Positions 38,209 through 50,040 of a DNA stretch of 64,000 nt are shown here, piece by piece (position 1 is the first letter of the stretch; the number at the start of each line of letters is the position of its first letter). A program made the position numbers and the translations under genes. A model generated the notes under the pieces. The model was not told where the DNA came from and ran no database searches. It worked only from the letters and a program-made list of their open reading frames with translations. Source of the stretch: Candidatus Eiseniibacteriota bacterium (lineage in GTDB: Bacteria; Eisenbacteria; RBG-16-71-46; SZUA-252); contig DASTKG010000052.1 in NCBI GenBank assembly GCA_035716005.1, forward strand, positions 6,360-70,359, read 5' to 3'.

Positions 38209-39408
38209 ATGAAGCAACGCGATCCGTCGCGCCTCACCTTCAACACCCTCTGCGTGCACGGCTCCGGCGGCGCCGACCCGCTGACCGGCGCGGTCTCCAC
38301 GCCGATCTACCAAAGCAGCACCTTCGCCTTCAAGAGCGCCGAACAGGGCGCCGCCATCTTCGCCGGCGAGCAGGAAGGCTACTTCTACACGCGCCTCGGG
38401 AACCCGACGACGGCGGCCTTCGAGCGCGAGATGGCGTTCTTGGAGTGCGGCGAGGCCGCCCTCGGGACGGGGAGCGGCATGGCGGCCACCTCCACGGCCG
38501 TGCTCACCCTCGCGCAAAAGGGCGACAACATCATCGCCGCCCACACGCTCTACGGCGGCACGCACAAGCTCTTCCAGGAGCTCCTTCCGCGGCTCGGCAT
38601 CGAGGCGCGCACCGTCGACGCGAACGACCCCGACGCCATCGCGCGCGCGGCGGACGCCAAGACGCGGCTCCTCTTCGTCGAGACCCCCGCGAATCCGACG
38701 CTTTCCATCGTCGATCTCCGCCTCTGCGTGCGCGAATGCCGCCGGCACGGGTTTCCGCTCTTCGTCGACAACACGTTCGCCACGCCCTACTACCAGCGCC
38801 CCCTCGAGCTCGGCGCCGACGTCGTGATCCACAGCGCCACGAAGTACATCGGCGGGCACGGCGACACGGTGGCGGGCGTCATGATCGGGACGAAGGAGTT
38901 CATCACGCGCGCGCGGTTCGAGATGATCCGCGACCTCGGCGGGATCCTGAGCCCCTTCAACGCGTGGCTCCTGCTGCGCGGCCTGAAGACGCTCCCGGTG
39001 CGCATGGAGCGCCACTCCGAGAACGCCATGCAGATCGCCCAGTTCCTCAACTTCCACCCCAAGGTGTCGCGCGTCTGGTACCCGGGGCTCCGGACCCACC
39101 CGCAGCACGAGGTCGCGGCGCGGCAGATGAGCGGCTTCGGAGGGATGCTCGCGTTCGAGTTGAAGGGCGGGCACGACGCGGGCGTCACGCTCCTCGATTC
39201 GGTGGAGCTGATGACGCTGGCGGTGAGCCTCGGCGATTGCGACACCCTCATCGAGCATCCGGCGTCGATGACTCATTCGACCTATTCGGCCGAGGAGCTG
39301 GCGGCCGTGGGAATCACCGGCGGTCTCGTGCGCCTCTCGGTCGGCATCGAGGGAGTCGAGGATCTGATCGCCGATCTGGACCAGGCCCTGGCCAGGATTC
39401 CCGCGTGA
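38209..39408 (+). CDS. Cys/Met-metabolism PLP-dependent enzyme (methionine gamma-lyase / cystathionine gamma-synthase family)
   Basis: PLP-lysine region SATKYIGGHGD. Family-wide conservation is present (STPIYQSSTF, GNPT). Confidence 0.88.
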   Translation: MKQRDPSRLTFNTLCVHGSGGADPLTGAVSTPIYQSSTFAFKSAEQGAAIFAGEQEGYFYTRLGNPTTAAFEREMAFLECGEAALGTGSGMAATSTAVLTLAQKGDNIIAAHTLYGGTHKLFQELLPRLGIEARTVDANDPDAIARAADAKTRLLFVETPANPTLSIVDLRLCVRECRRHGFPLFVDNTFATPYYQRPLELGADVVIHSATKYIGGHGDTVAGVMIGTKEFITRARFEMIRDLGGILSPFNAWLLLRGLKTLPVRMERHSENAMQIAQFLNFHPKVSRVWYPGLRTHPQHEVAARQMSGFGGMLAFELKGGHDAGVTLLDSVELMTLAVSLGDCDTLIEHPASMTHSTYSAEELAAVGITGGLVRLSVGIEGVEDLIADLDQALARIPA

Positions 39409-39860
39409 CCGCGGCCCCGGGCCGCGCGGCCGGGGCGGGCGAACGACCGAGCGCCTCGACCCTCCTCGGCTACTGGCTTCCCGCCGTCGCCTACGTCGGG
39501 CTGATCTTTTCGCTCTCGTCCATCCGGGGAACGGACATTCCGTCCGGCTTCCCCAACATGGACAAACTCGCCCATCTCCTGGAGTATTCGCTGCTCGGCC
39601 TCCTGCTCGGCCGCGCCATCCGCTTCACGATGGCCGGGCGGGGGAGAGTCGCCGCCTCGTTCGCCACCGTCCTGGCCGGCGCTCTGGTCGGCATGGCCGA
39701 CGAGCTCTATCAGCGGGGCGTTCCGGGGCGAAGCAGCGACATCCGGGATTGGATGGTGGACGTCCTGGCCGTGTCGGCCTCGGTCGTCTTCACGCAGTGG
39801 GTCAGCACGCGCTCCCTTCGCGGGCGCGGCGTCGCTTCGACGGGAGAAGAGCCGCGATGA
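39405..39860 (+). CDS. VanZ-family small membrane protein
   Basis: 151 aa with VanZ-like motif (DKLAHLLEYSLLGLLLG ... DELYQRGVPGRSSDIRDWMVDVLAVSAS). GTG overlaps the upstream stop (GTGA) and the hisS start (ATGA). Confidence 0.65.
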   Translation: MTAAPGRAAGAGERPSASTLLGYWLPAVAYVGLIFSLSSIRGTDIPSGFPNMDKLAHLLEYSLLGLLLGRAIRFTMAGRGRVAASFATVLAGALVGMADELYQRGVPGRSSDIRDWMVDVLAVSASVVFTQWVSTRSLRGRGVASTGEEPR

Positions 39861-41167
39861 AATTCCAGGTGCCGCGCGGGACGCGCGACATCCTACCGCC
39901 CGACTCGGACCGGTGGGCGGAGATCGAGGCGCAGGCGCGCCGGGTCCTGGGGAGCTACGGCTACCGCGAGGTCCGCACGCCGATCTTCGAATCGACCGAC
40001 CTCTTCGTTCGAAGCGTCGGCGAGTCGACCGACATCGTCCGGAAGGAGCTCTACACCTTCACCGATCGCGGCGATCGCTCGCTCACGCTCAGGCCCGAGG
40101 GAACGGCGCCGCTCGTGCGCGCCTACCTCGAGAGCCCCGTGCTCCGCCAGGAGACGCCGGCGCGCCTCTCCTATCTGGGACCGATGTTCCGCTACGAGCG
40201 GCCCCAGAAGGGGCGCTACCGCCAGTTCTGGCAGATCGGCGCCGAGCTTCTCGGCTCGAAGGAGCCGGCGGCGGACGTCGAGATGATCGACCTCTTCGTC
40301 GCGATCATGCGCGAGGTCGGGCTCCCGCACGCGCGGGTTCTCCTGAACTCGCTGGGCGACGCGGCCTGCCGGCCGCTCTACCGCCAGCGCGTTCGCGACT
40401 ATTTCGGCGCGCATCTCGACGAGCTTTGCGAGGACGATCGCGAGCGGTGGAAGACGAATCCGCTCCGCATCCTCGACTGCAAGAATCCGAAATGCCAGCC
40501 GATCCTGGCGGGCGCGCCGAAGGGTCTCGACTCGCTTTGCGAGCCGTGCCGGACGCATTTCGATTCCGTCCTCGCCGGCCTGGAGGCGATGGAGATCGAG
40601 GTGGAAGTGGCGCCCCGGCTCGTGCGCGGGCTCGACTACTACACGCGCACCGTCTTCGAGGTGCACGACACGGGCCTCGGCGCGCAGAACGCGGTGGGGG
40701 GCGGCGGACGTTACGATCAGCTCGTCGAGGAGCTGGGGGGCGCGGAGACGCCGTCGCTCGGCTTCTCGATCGGCATGGACCGGCTCTTCCTCACGACCTC
40801 GGAGGAGCACCCCGAAGGGGCCCCCGCCGAGCCCGACGCGTTCGTCGTCGCGCGCCGGCCCGAAGCGGTCACCGAGGCCCTGCGCGCCGCGCGGCTCCTC
40901 CGGCGCGCGGCCGGGAGCCGCGAGGAACGGCCCCTCCGCGTCATGGCCGACGTCCAGGGGCGGAGCGCCTCGTCCCAAATGAAGGTGGCGTCCCGCGCGG
41001 GCGCGAAATACGTCGTGTTCGTCCCGGCGGAGGCCGATGGATACGCGGTCCGCGACATGACCGCCGGCAAGGACGAGACCAAGCAGGCCGATCTGGACAA
41101 ACTTCGCGACTGGCTGCGCGAGCGCCGCCGGGAGCGTGACGCGTCGAACTCTCGGGAGACCGCATGA
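39857..41167 (+). CDS. hisS: Histidine--tRNA ligase
   Basis: Class II aaRS motifs and a HisRS N-terminus (MKFQVPRGTRDILP). Confidence 0.95.
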   Translation: MKFQVPRGTRDILPPDSDRWAEIEAQARRVLGSYGYREVRTPIFESTDLFVRSVGESTDIVRKELYTFTDRGDRSLTLRPEGTAPLVRAYLESPVLRQETPARLSYLGPMFRYERPQKGRYRQFWQIGAELLGSKEPAADVEMIDLFVAIMREVGLPHARVLLNSLGDAACRPLYRQRVRDYFGAHLDELCEDDRERWKTNPLRILDCKNPKCQPILAGAPKGLDSLCEPCRTHFDSVLAGLEAMEIEVEVAPRLVRGLDYYTRTVFEVHDTGLGAQNAVGGGGRYDQLVEELGGAETPSLGFSIGMDRLFLTTSEEHPEGAPAEPDAFVVARRPEAVTEALRAARLLRRAAGSREERPLRVMADVQGRSASSQMKVASRAGAKYVVFVPAEADGYAVRDMTAGKDETKQADLDKLRDWLRERRRERDASNSRETA

Positions 41168-42960
41168 CGTCGATCGATCCACTTCTTCAACGGAAGCGAA
41201 CCCACCGCTGCGGCGACCTTCGCCCCGAGCACGCCGGCACGCGCACCCGCCTCATGGGCTGGGCGCATCGCGTCCGCGACCACGGAGGCGTCCTCTTCCT
41301 CGACCTCCGCGACCGATATGGCATCACGCAGGTCGTCTTCCGGCCTCAGAAGCTGAACGTGAAGACCATGGAGCGGGCGCGGGAGATCGGGAGCGAGTTC
41401 GTCGTGCTGGTCGAGGGAACCGTCTTGCAGCGGCCGCCGGGGAGCGAGAATCCCGATCTCCCGACGGGCGGCATCGAGGTGGAGGCCGACGCCCTCGCGA
41501 TCCTCAACACGAGCAAGACGCCCCCCTTTCCGCTCGACGAGACGGGCACGGCGTCCGAGGACGTGCGGCTTCGCTACCGCTATCTCGACCTGCGGCGGGA
41601 GCCGCTCAAGCGGAACATCGTCTTCCGCCACAATCTCGTGCGAAGCGTCCGCGACTACCTCTCGGATCAGGGCTTCCTGGAAATCGAGACGCCGCTCCTC
41701 GTCAAGCCGACGCCCGAGGGAGCGCGCGATTACGTCGTCCCCTCCCGTATCCATCCGGGGAAGTTCTTCGCGCTGCCGCAGTCGCCGCAGCTCTACAAGC
41801 AGATCCTCATGGTCTCGGGCTTCGACCGCTATTTCCAGATCGCGAAGTGCCTGCGCGACGAGGATCTCCGGGCCGACCGGCAGCCCGAGTTCACGCAGAT
41901 CGACCTCGAGATGAGCTTCGTCTCCGAGGACGACGTCTTCGGGGTGGTGGAGGGAATGCTGGAATCGGCCTTCCGCCGCGATCTCGGCCGGGAGCTGAAG
42001 ATCCCGTTCCCGCGCATCACCTATCGCGAGTCGATGCATCGGTACGGGAGCGACAAGCCCGATCTGCGGATTCCGTTCGAGATCCGCGACGTGACGGCCG
42101 CCGCCGCCGCCGGAACGATGGAGAAGTTCAAGGAGGCCGCGGCGAGCGTGGAGGGTCGGATGACCGGCGTCCTCGCGGTGCCGGGCCAGGGGGGCGCGTC
42201 CCGCCGCGAGATCGAGGCGTGGGAAGCGTCCGCCAAGGTGATGGGCGCCTCGGGTCTCGCGTGGTCTCGCGTGAAGGGGAACGCGCTCGACGGCGGCGTC
42301 GCGAAGTTCTTCGCCGAGGGCGACACGGCCGCGAAGCTGATCGCCGCCTCCGGCGCGAAGGAGGGGGATCTCCTGCTTCTGGCATCCGGTCCCCGTTCCG
42401 TCGTGCTTCGCGCGCTGGGCAGCGTTCGCACGCAGGTCGGAAATCAAAAGTTCACGCTCGACCCCAAGGACTTCCGATTCGTCTGGGTCCATCAGTTCCC
42501 GCTCTTCGAGTGGGACGAGCCCCGGAAGGCCTGGGCTCCGGCGCATCACATCTTCACGATGCCGCTCGACGAGCATCTGGCGCATCTCGAGAGCGACCCC
42601 GGAAAGGTCCACGCGCAGCTCTACGATCTCGCCGCGAACGGCAACGAGCTCGCGTCGGGGAGCATCCGGATCCACCGGAAGGACATCCAGGAAACCGTCC
42701 TCCGCGTCATCGGGATGAAGTCGGAGGAGGCGCACCACAAGTTCGGCTTCCTGCTCGAGTCGTTCGAGTACGGCGCGCCGCCGCACGGCGGCATCGCGCT
42801 CGGACTCGACCGGCTCGTCGTCCTCTTCAACGGAGGCGACTCCATTCGCGACGCCATCGCGTTCCCGAAGACCGCGAGCGCCACGTCGCTCATGGACGGA
42901 GCTCCGGCGGCGGTCGATCCGGCCGATCTGCGCGACCTGAAGCTCAAGGTGGACCTCTAG
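41164..42960 (+). CDS. aspS: Aspartate--tRNA ligase
   Basis: OB-fold anticodon-binding N-domain and class II catalytic core (FQIAKCLRDEDLRADRQPEFTQIDLEMSF; GAPPHGGIALGLDRL). Confidence 0.95.
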   Translation: MTSIDPLLQRKRTHRCGDLRPEHAGTRTRLMGWAHRVRDHGGVLFLDLRDRYGITQVVFRPQKLNVKTMERAREIGSEFVVLVEGTVLQRPPGSENPDLPTGGIEVEADALAILNTSKTPPFPLDETGTASEDVRLRYRYLDLRREPLKRNIVFRHNLVRSVRDYLSDQGFLEIETPLLVKPTPEGARDYVVPSRIHPGKFFALPQSPQLYKQILMVSGFDRYFQIAKCLRDEDLRADRQPEFTQIDLEMSFVSEDDVFGVVEGMLESAFRRDLGRELKIPFPRITYRESMHRYGSDKPDLRIPFEIRDVTAAAAAGTMEKFKEAAASVEGRMTGVLAVPGQGGASRREIEAWEASAKVMGASGLAWSRVKGNALDGGVAKFFAEGDTAAKLIAASGAKEGDLLLLASGPRSVVLRALGSVRTQVGNQKFTLDPKDFRFVWVHQFPLFEWDEPRKAWAPAHHIFTMPLDEHLAHLESDPGKVHAQLYDLAANGNELASGSIRIHRKDIQETVLRVIGMKSEEAHHKFGFLLESFEYGAPPHGGIALGLDRLVVLFNGGDSIRDAIAFPKTASATSLMDGAPAAVDPADLRDLKLKVDL

Positions 42961-42971
42961 CCCGCCCGGTC

Positions 42972-42986
42972 TGGCACCCTTCCTGC
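42972..42986 (+). promoter_or_regulatory. Second sigma54-type promoter candidate TGGCACccttccTGC
   Basis: It has the same GG-N10-GC geometry and the same CTGCGTT -12 region as the hsp20 promoter. It lies 12 bp after the aspS stop, at the head of the 540-bp gap preceding the LysM-phoH-ybeY operon. Confidence 0.4.
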
Positions 42987-43502
42987 GTTCGCATCGCCCG
43001 ACGGGCGGGGTCTTGACTTCCGTCCCGGCGGGCCCTACCGTCGATTCCGTGGCGAGGGTGCCGGGAGGGGCTCTCGCCGATCATTTAAATTGAATAATAT
43101 CAATCACTTAGAAATCGATCGCCGCGCCTCGTCCCACGGGGTGCGCCTCCATCGCCGCACGGCGCCGGCCAGCGTCCGTCCGGACGGATTCTGGTCACGC
43201 CTTCGAATCATCCCCCCTCGAGCGGCGGCTATCGAGCTCCTAAGTATATTGACAATAGTGACTTGCGGTTGTGGAGGAGCCACGGCGCCGTGCCCGACGC
43301 CGACCACCGACCTCGACCGCCATCGGGAAGAATCGGCCCAGGCGCAGCGGGCGGCCTCGAAAGCGGCATCGGAGGCGAGAGCGGCGGAGGCGAAGCGGGC
43401 CGACCTGGAACGCCGCGTGGCGGCCTCCAGCGCGGCCTACGACTCGCTTTCGCTCGCCCGCCCCACGTCCTCCCCCCGGACCTCGAAACCGTGAGGCGGG
43501 GG

Positions 43503-44014
43503 ATGGCCGTGACGCTCTCCATGGCGGCGGGGCTCGGGTTCCTGGCCTGCGGATGCGGGAAACCCGTGCTGCGCGTGGCCGACGCGTCGCTGGGCGACTA
43601 CTACACCGAGAAGGAGTTCAGGAAACTGAGCGAGGAGCAGCGCCAGGATTACTGCCAGGAGCTGGCCGAGCAGGATTCCATTTACCGGGAGGAGATCGCC
43701 GACGCGCGGACGGCCGGCGACCGATTCGCCGGCCGCGCCCAGGCCGCCCGCGCCGCCGCCGATTCGCTGGCGCGGCTCGCCGATTCGCTCGACACGCGCG
43801 TCGCGGAACTGCGCCGGACGCCGCCGGCCGAAACGCCGGCCGCGGCGGGGAGAGCCACCGTCACGGTCGGACCGGGCGATTCGCTCTGGCGGATCAGCGC
43901 GCGCGAGGCCGTCTACGGCGACGGACACCGCTGGAACGAGCTCTACGAGGCCAACCGGGACCGGATCCGGGACGCCGATCGGATCTATCCGGGACAGGAG
44001 CTGGTGGTGCCACG

Positions 44015-44018
<4 letters not shown>
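43503..44018 (+). CDS. LysM-domain lipoprotein
   Basis: Lipobox-like FLACGCG. C-terminal LysM is present (VTVGPGDSLWRISAREAVYGDGHRWNELYEANRDRIRDADRIYPGQELVVP). Confidence 0.75.
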
Positions 44019-45014
<996 letters not shown>

Positions 45015-45025
<11 letters not shown>

Positions 45026-47306
45026 GAACCTCCGAATCCTCGAGTCGCGCCGGCGCGAGCGGGCGCCCTGGAAGGCGGCCCTCGCCGCCGTCTTCGGGCC
45101 GCGCTTCCGGAGGATCACGCTCTTCGTCGGATTCCTGGCGTACGCCTGCCTTCTCTTCCCGCGAGATTCCTCCTTCGAGGTCATGACGCTGCGCGAGGGG
45201 TATCCCGCGAAGCGCGACCTCATCGCTCCGGTCCAGTTCTACCTTCTCAAGGACAGGAACCAGTACCGGGCCGAGCAGGGGATCGCGGCGAGGCGCGTGG
45301 CGCCGGTCTATTCCGTCGACGCGAGCGTCACCGCCGCGAGCGCGGCGCTCCTCGATTCGCTCCGCGCGGCCGCCTCCCAAGGGAGCGGCCTCGCGGCGCG
45401 AGTGAGGACGCTCGGGCTCGGCCCGGACGCCTCGCGGATCCTCGCCGGCCCCGACGCGAGACGGATCCTTCCGATCGCGGCGCGGCTCTCCGAGCGGGCG
45501 CACGCGGCCGGACTCCTCGCCGAGCTCGACGGGGCGCGCATCGACACCGAATCGCCGGTCGCCATGGTCGAGCGGGACGGCGTGCGCATGCGCACGCCGT
45601 GGGACGAGCTCCTCGACGTGAAGGAACTCCGCGATCTGGCGTGGGAGGACGGCGTGCGCGCCTTCCCGGGCCGGCCGGAGGCGGCGCAGGCGCTCCAGGA
45701 CCTCGTCCTGGCCGCCACGCTCCCGAATCTCCACTACGAGGCCTCGACCACCGAGCGGCTCCGGAGCGAAGCGCGGAACGCCGTGAATCCCTACGACGGC
45801 CTCGTTCGGAAGGACGAGAAGATCATCGGCAGCCACGAAATCGCGACGGCCGAGCACATTCGAAAGCTGGAGTCGCTCCGGGCGTGGCGGGCCCACGACA
45901 AGCCCGCGCCCGATTGGCGGACCGATCTTCAGCCGGTGCTGGGGCGGCTGATCCTCATCGCGTTCCTCATCCTCGGCTTTTCGGCCTATCTGAAGCTCCA
46001 TCATCCGAGCGTCTACGCCGAGACGCCGCCGCTCCTCCTCCTCGCGATTCTCTCGGCGCTCGTGATGGGGGTGGGCTGGCTCGTGGTGAATCAGTTCCGC
46101 GGCTACGAGATGCTCATTCCGATCACCGTCCTGTCGCTCTCGGCGGCGCTCCTCTTCGGGAACGCTCTGGCCTTCGCGGCGACGCTGGTGGCGTCGCTCC
46201 TCACGGGCGTCGTCTTCGGGCTCGGGCTCCCGTTCCTCACGGGGAGCGCCCTCGCCGGCATCGCCGCCATCGGCACGGCGACCGGCGTGCGCCGCCGCCG
46301 CGACTTCTACCGTCCGATGCTGGTGGTGGCCCTGACCTACGCGGTGGCGATCGCCGCGATGGGCCTCGTCGACGGCGCGCGCATCGACATCCTGGTCCGC
46401 CGCATGGCGTGGGGCATGGGCGCCGGGCTCGCCTCGGTCCTCGCGGTCACGATGCTCCTGCCGCTCCTCGAGAGCGTCTTCACCGTGACGACCGACATCA
46501 CGCTCCTCGAGCTGGCCGATCTGAACCGCCCGATTCTCCGCCGCCTCATGCTCGAGGCGCCGGGGACCTATCACCACAGCATCGTGGTCGGCACGCTCGC
46601 CGAGTCGGCCGCCGCGGCCATCGGCGGGAATCCGCTCCTCGCGCGGGTCGGGGCCTACTATCACGACATCGGAAAGATCGACAAAGCCGAGTACTACGTG
46701 GAGAATCAGTCGAGCGCGCGGAACCGGCACGAGAAGCTCTCCCCCACGATGAGCAGCCTCATCATCCAGGCGCACGTGCGCGAAGGGGCCGAGATCGCGC
46801 GGAAGGAGAAGTTGCCGAAGGCGATCGTGAACGCCATCCTGGAGCACCACGGGACGACGATTCTCAGCTTCTTCTACGCGAAGGAGCAGGGCCGCCGGAA
46901 GCAGGAGGAGAAGCAGAAGAAGCTGAACGCGTCCGAACTCGAGGTGCCGGAGGCCGAGTTCCGCTATCCGGGCCCCAAGCCGAGGTCGAAGGAGACCGCG
47001 GTGCTGATGCTCGCCGACGCCGTGGAAGCGGCGGCGCGCTCCCTGAACGAACCGACGCCGGGCCGGATCCGCGGCGTCGTCAACCGGATCCTCGACGCGC
47101 GCGTGAAGGACGGCCAGCTCGATGAAAGCCCGATCACCTTCGAAGAACTCGCGAAGATCCGGGATTCCTTCATCCCGATCCTCACGGCGCTCTTCCACGC
47201 TCGCGTCCACTACCCGGGCGTCTTCGCCGAAGAGCCCCGCGTTCGTCCCGCGGACGACCGTGGCCAGCCCCGCGAAGGATCCCGGCTTAAGATCGACAAC
47301 TCTTAG
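45015..47306 (+). CDS. 7TM-receptor-associated HD-superfamily phosphohydrolase (YqfF-like, 7TMR-HDED)
   Basis: Central 7-TM block. The C-terminal HD domain carries HHSIVVG...YHDIGK. It occupies the conserved phoH-yqfF-ybeY gene order. Confidence 0.85.
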
Positions 47307-47316
47307 GGCGCTCGTC

Positions 47317-47712
47317 GTGGAGGCGCTCCGTCTCCTGGGCCGCCCGAACGCCACGCTCTCCGTCGTGCTGGCCGACGACCGGCTGGTCCGGGAGCTGAAC
47401 CGCGACTACCGGGAGGCGGACAAGGCCACCGACGTCCTCTCCTTCGCGTTCGCCGACCCCGCCGCGCTCGCCGACCCCGCCGCGCGGCTCTTCCTGGGCG
47501 AGATCTACGTCTCCGTCGAAACGGCCCGCCGCCAGGCTCGCGCCGCGCGCCGTCCGTACGCCCGCGAGGTCGCGCACCTCGTGGTGCACGGGCTCCTTCA
47601 TCTCCTGGGGCACGACCACGCGATGGCGGGCGAGCGGAGCCGCATGAGGGCGGAGGAACGCCGGCTCCTGAGGGCCCTCTCGCCGCGCATTCGGGCTCTC
47701 CAAGTGCTATAA
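47317..47712 (+). CDS. ybeY: Endoribonuclease YbeY (rRNA maturation factor)
   Basis: HGLLHLLGHDH zinc-binding motif. The start is placed at the first GTG after the upstream stop and is approximate. Confidence 0.85.
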   Translation: MEALRLLGRPNATLSVVLADDRLVRELNRDYREADKATDVLSFAFADPAALADPAARLFLGEIYVSVETARRQARAARRPYAREVAHLVVHGLLHLLGHDHAMAGERSRMRAEERRLLRALSPRIRALQVL

Positions 47713-47719
47713 TCAAACG

Positions 47720-48313
47720 ATGTTGCGTCTGCTCCGCTCCAATTTCATCACGGGCCTCCTCGTCCTCGCGCCGCTCGCCATCACGGGCTACATCGTCTAT
47801 CGCCTCTTCGTCTGGGTCGATCACCTGCTCGGCGCCACGCTTCGCGGCGGCTACATCCGCCCGGGCGGCGTGCCGGGGCTCGGATTCCTGACCGTGATCG
47901 TCATCATCGTGGTCACGGGAGCGATCGCGAACAATTTCCTCGGCCGGCAGGTCGGGGCGGCCATCGAGTCGATGCTCTTGAAGGTGCCCGTCCTGCGAGG
48001 CGTCTACGTCACGCTCAAGGAGATCGGCGAGGCGGTTCTGAGCGACCGGAAGACCGCCTTCCAGAAAGTCGTCCTCGTGGAGTATCCGAGGCCCGGGATC
48101 TACAGCATCGGGCTCGTGACGGGGGACGCGCCCCGCACCTTCGACGAAGCGTCGGGACAGGAATTGCGCGGCGTCTTCATCCCCACGACTCCCAATCCGA
48201 CCACCGGCCCTCTCATCTATCTCACCGATGCGCAGATGATTCCCACGTCGCTCCGCGTGGAGCAGGCGGTGAAGATGGTCGTCTCGGGCGGCGTCGTCGT
48301 TCCACCGGAATAG
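47720..48313 (+). CDS. DUF502-family membrane protein
   Basis: N-terminal TM helices and the conserved DUF502 core ([19 protein letters not shown]). Confidence 0.7.
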   Translation: MLRLLRSNFITGLLVLAPLAITGYIVYRLFVWVDHLLGATLRGGYIRPGGVPGLGFLTVIVIIVVTGAIANNFLGRQVGAAIESMLLKVPVLRGVYVTLKEIGEAVLSDRKTAFQKVVLVEYPRPGIYSIGLVTGDAPRTFDEASGQELRGVFIPTTPNPTTGPLIYLTDAQMIPTSLRVEQAVKMVVSGGVVVPPE

Positions 48314-48316
48314 CGC

Positions 48317-49092
48317 GTGGCCATCGAACAGACCGACGCGCTCGTCATCCGTTCCTACCGGCTCGGGGAAACGAGTCTCATCGTCAGCCTCTTCACGACC
48401 GAGTTCGGGCTCATGCGCTGCGTCGCCAAGGGCGCGCGCGGTCCGAAGAGCCGCTTCGGCGGCGCCCTGGAACCGGGAGTCCGGCTCCGCGCCGTCGTCT
48501 ACCGGAAGCCGAACCGCGATCTCCAGCTCCTCTCCAAGGCCGACGTCGTCGCCTACTGGCCCGCCCTCTGGGAGGACCCGGATCGATTCGCGCGGGCCGG
48601 CTCCGTGCTCGAGTTCCTGGAGCGGGCCGCGTACGGGGAAGGGGAGGACTCGGAGCTGATGGAGCTGGCCGCGTCGACCCTGGCGGCGATGGCCGAGGCG
48701 CCGCTCGACGTGCTCGAGGCGATGCTCCGCGCATTCGAGGTGCAGGCATGCCGGCGTCTCGGGTACGCTCCGGAGCTCACCGTCTGTCTGGAATGCAGGC
48801 GGACGCTCGAGGGGGGAGGACTCTTCCATCCCGTGCGCGGCGGTCTTCTCTGCGGGGACCCCTGCGGGGACGACGGGGGCGCCTTCCGGCTCTCGGAGAA
48901 GGCGCGCCGCACGCTGGTCGCCCTGGCCGATCGGCCGGTCGCCGCCGTCGCGTCCTGGGTCATGGAGCGTTATCCGGGCCCCGAAGTGGCCCGGGCCATC
49001 GAACGATTCCTCGCGGCGCATCTCGAGCGCTTCGAAGGTCTGCGCGCGCAGCGCGTGGGAGAACAACTTGCTCGTTACGCGGGAGGCCTGAA

Positions 49093-49096
<4 letters not shown>
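48317..49096 (+). CDS. recO: DNA repair protein RecO
   Basis: OB-fold N-domain ([20 protein letters not shown]) and a Cys4 zinc motif (C-x2-C...C-x3-C). Confidence 0.85.

Positions 49097-50032
<936 letters not shown>

Positions 50033-50040
<8 letters not shown>

Noticed and set aside
43090-43257. 5' part of ORF 43090..43494 (MNNINHLEIDRR...)
   Set aside because: Third-codon GC is low and mixed here, unlike every confident gene. The region includes the AT-rich patch and is more likely non-coding leader. Only the segment from about 43258 onward has coding-like GC3, and it is reported as a low-confidence possibility in the findings.
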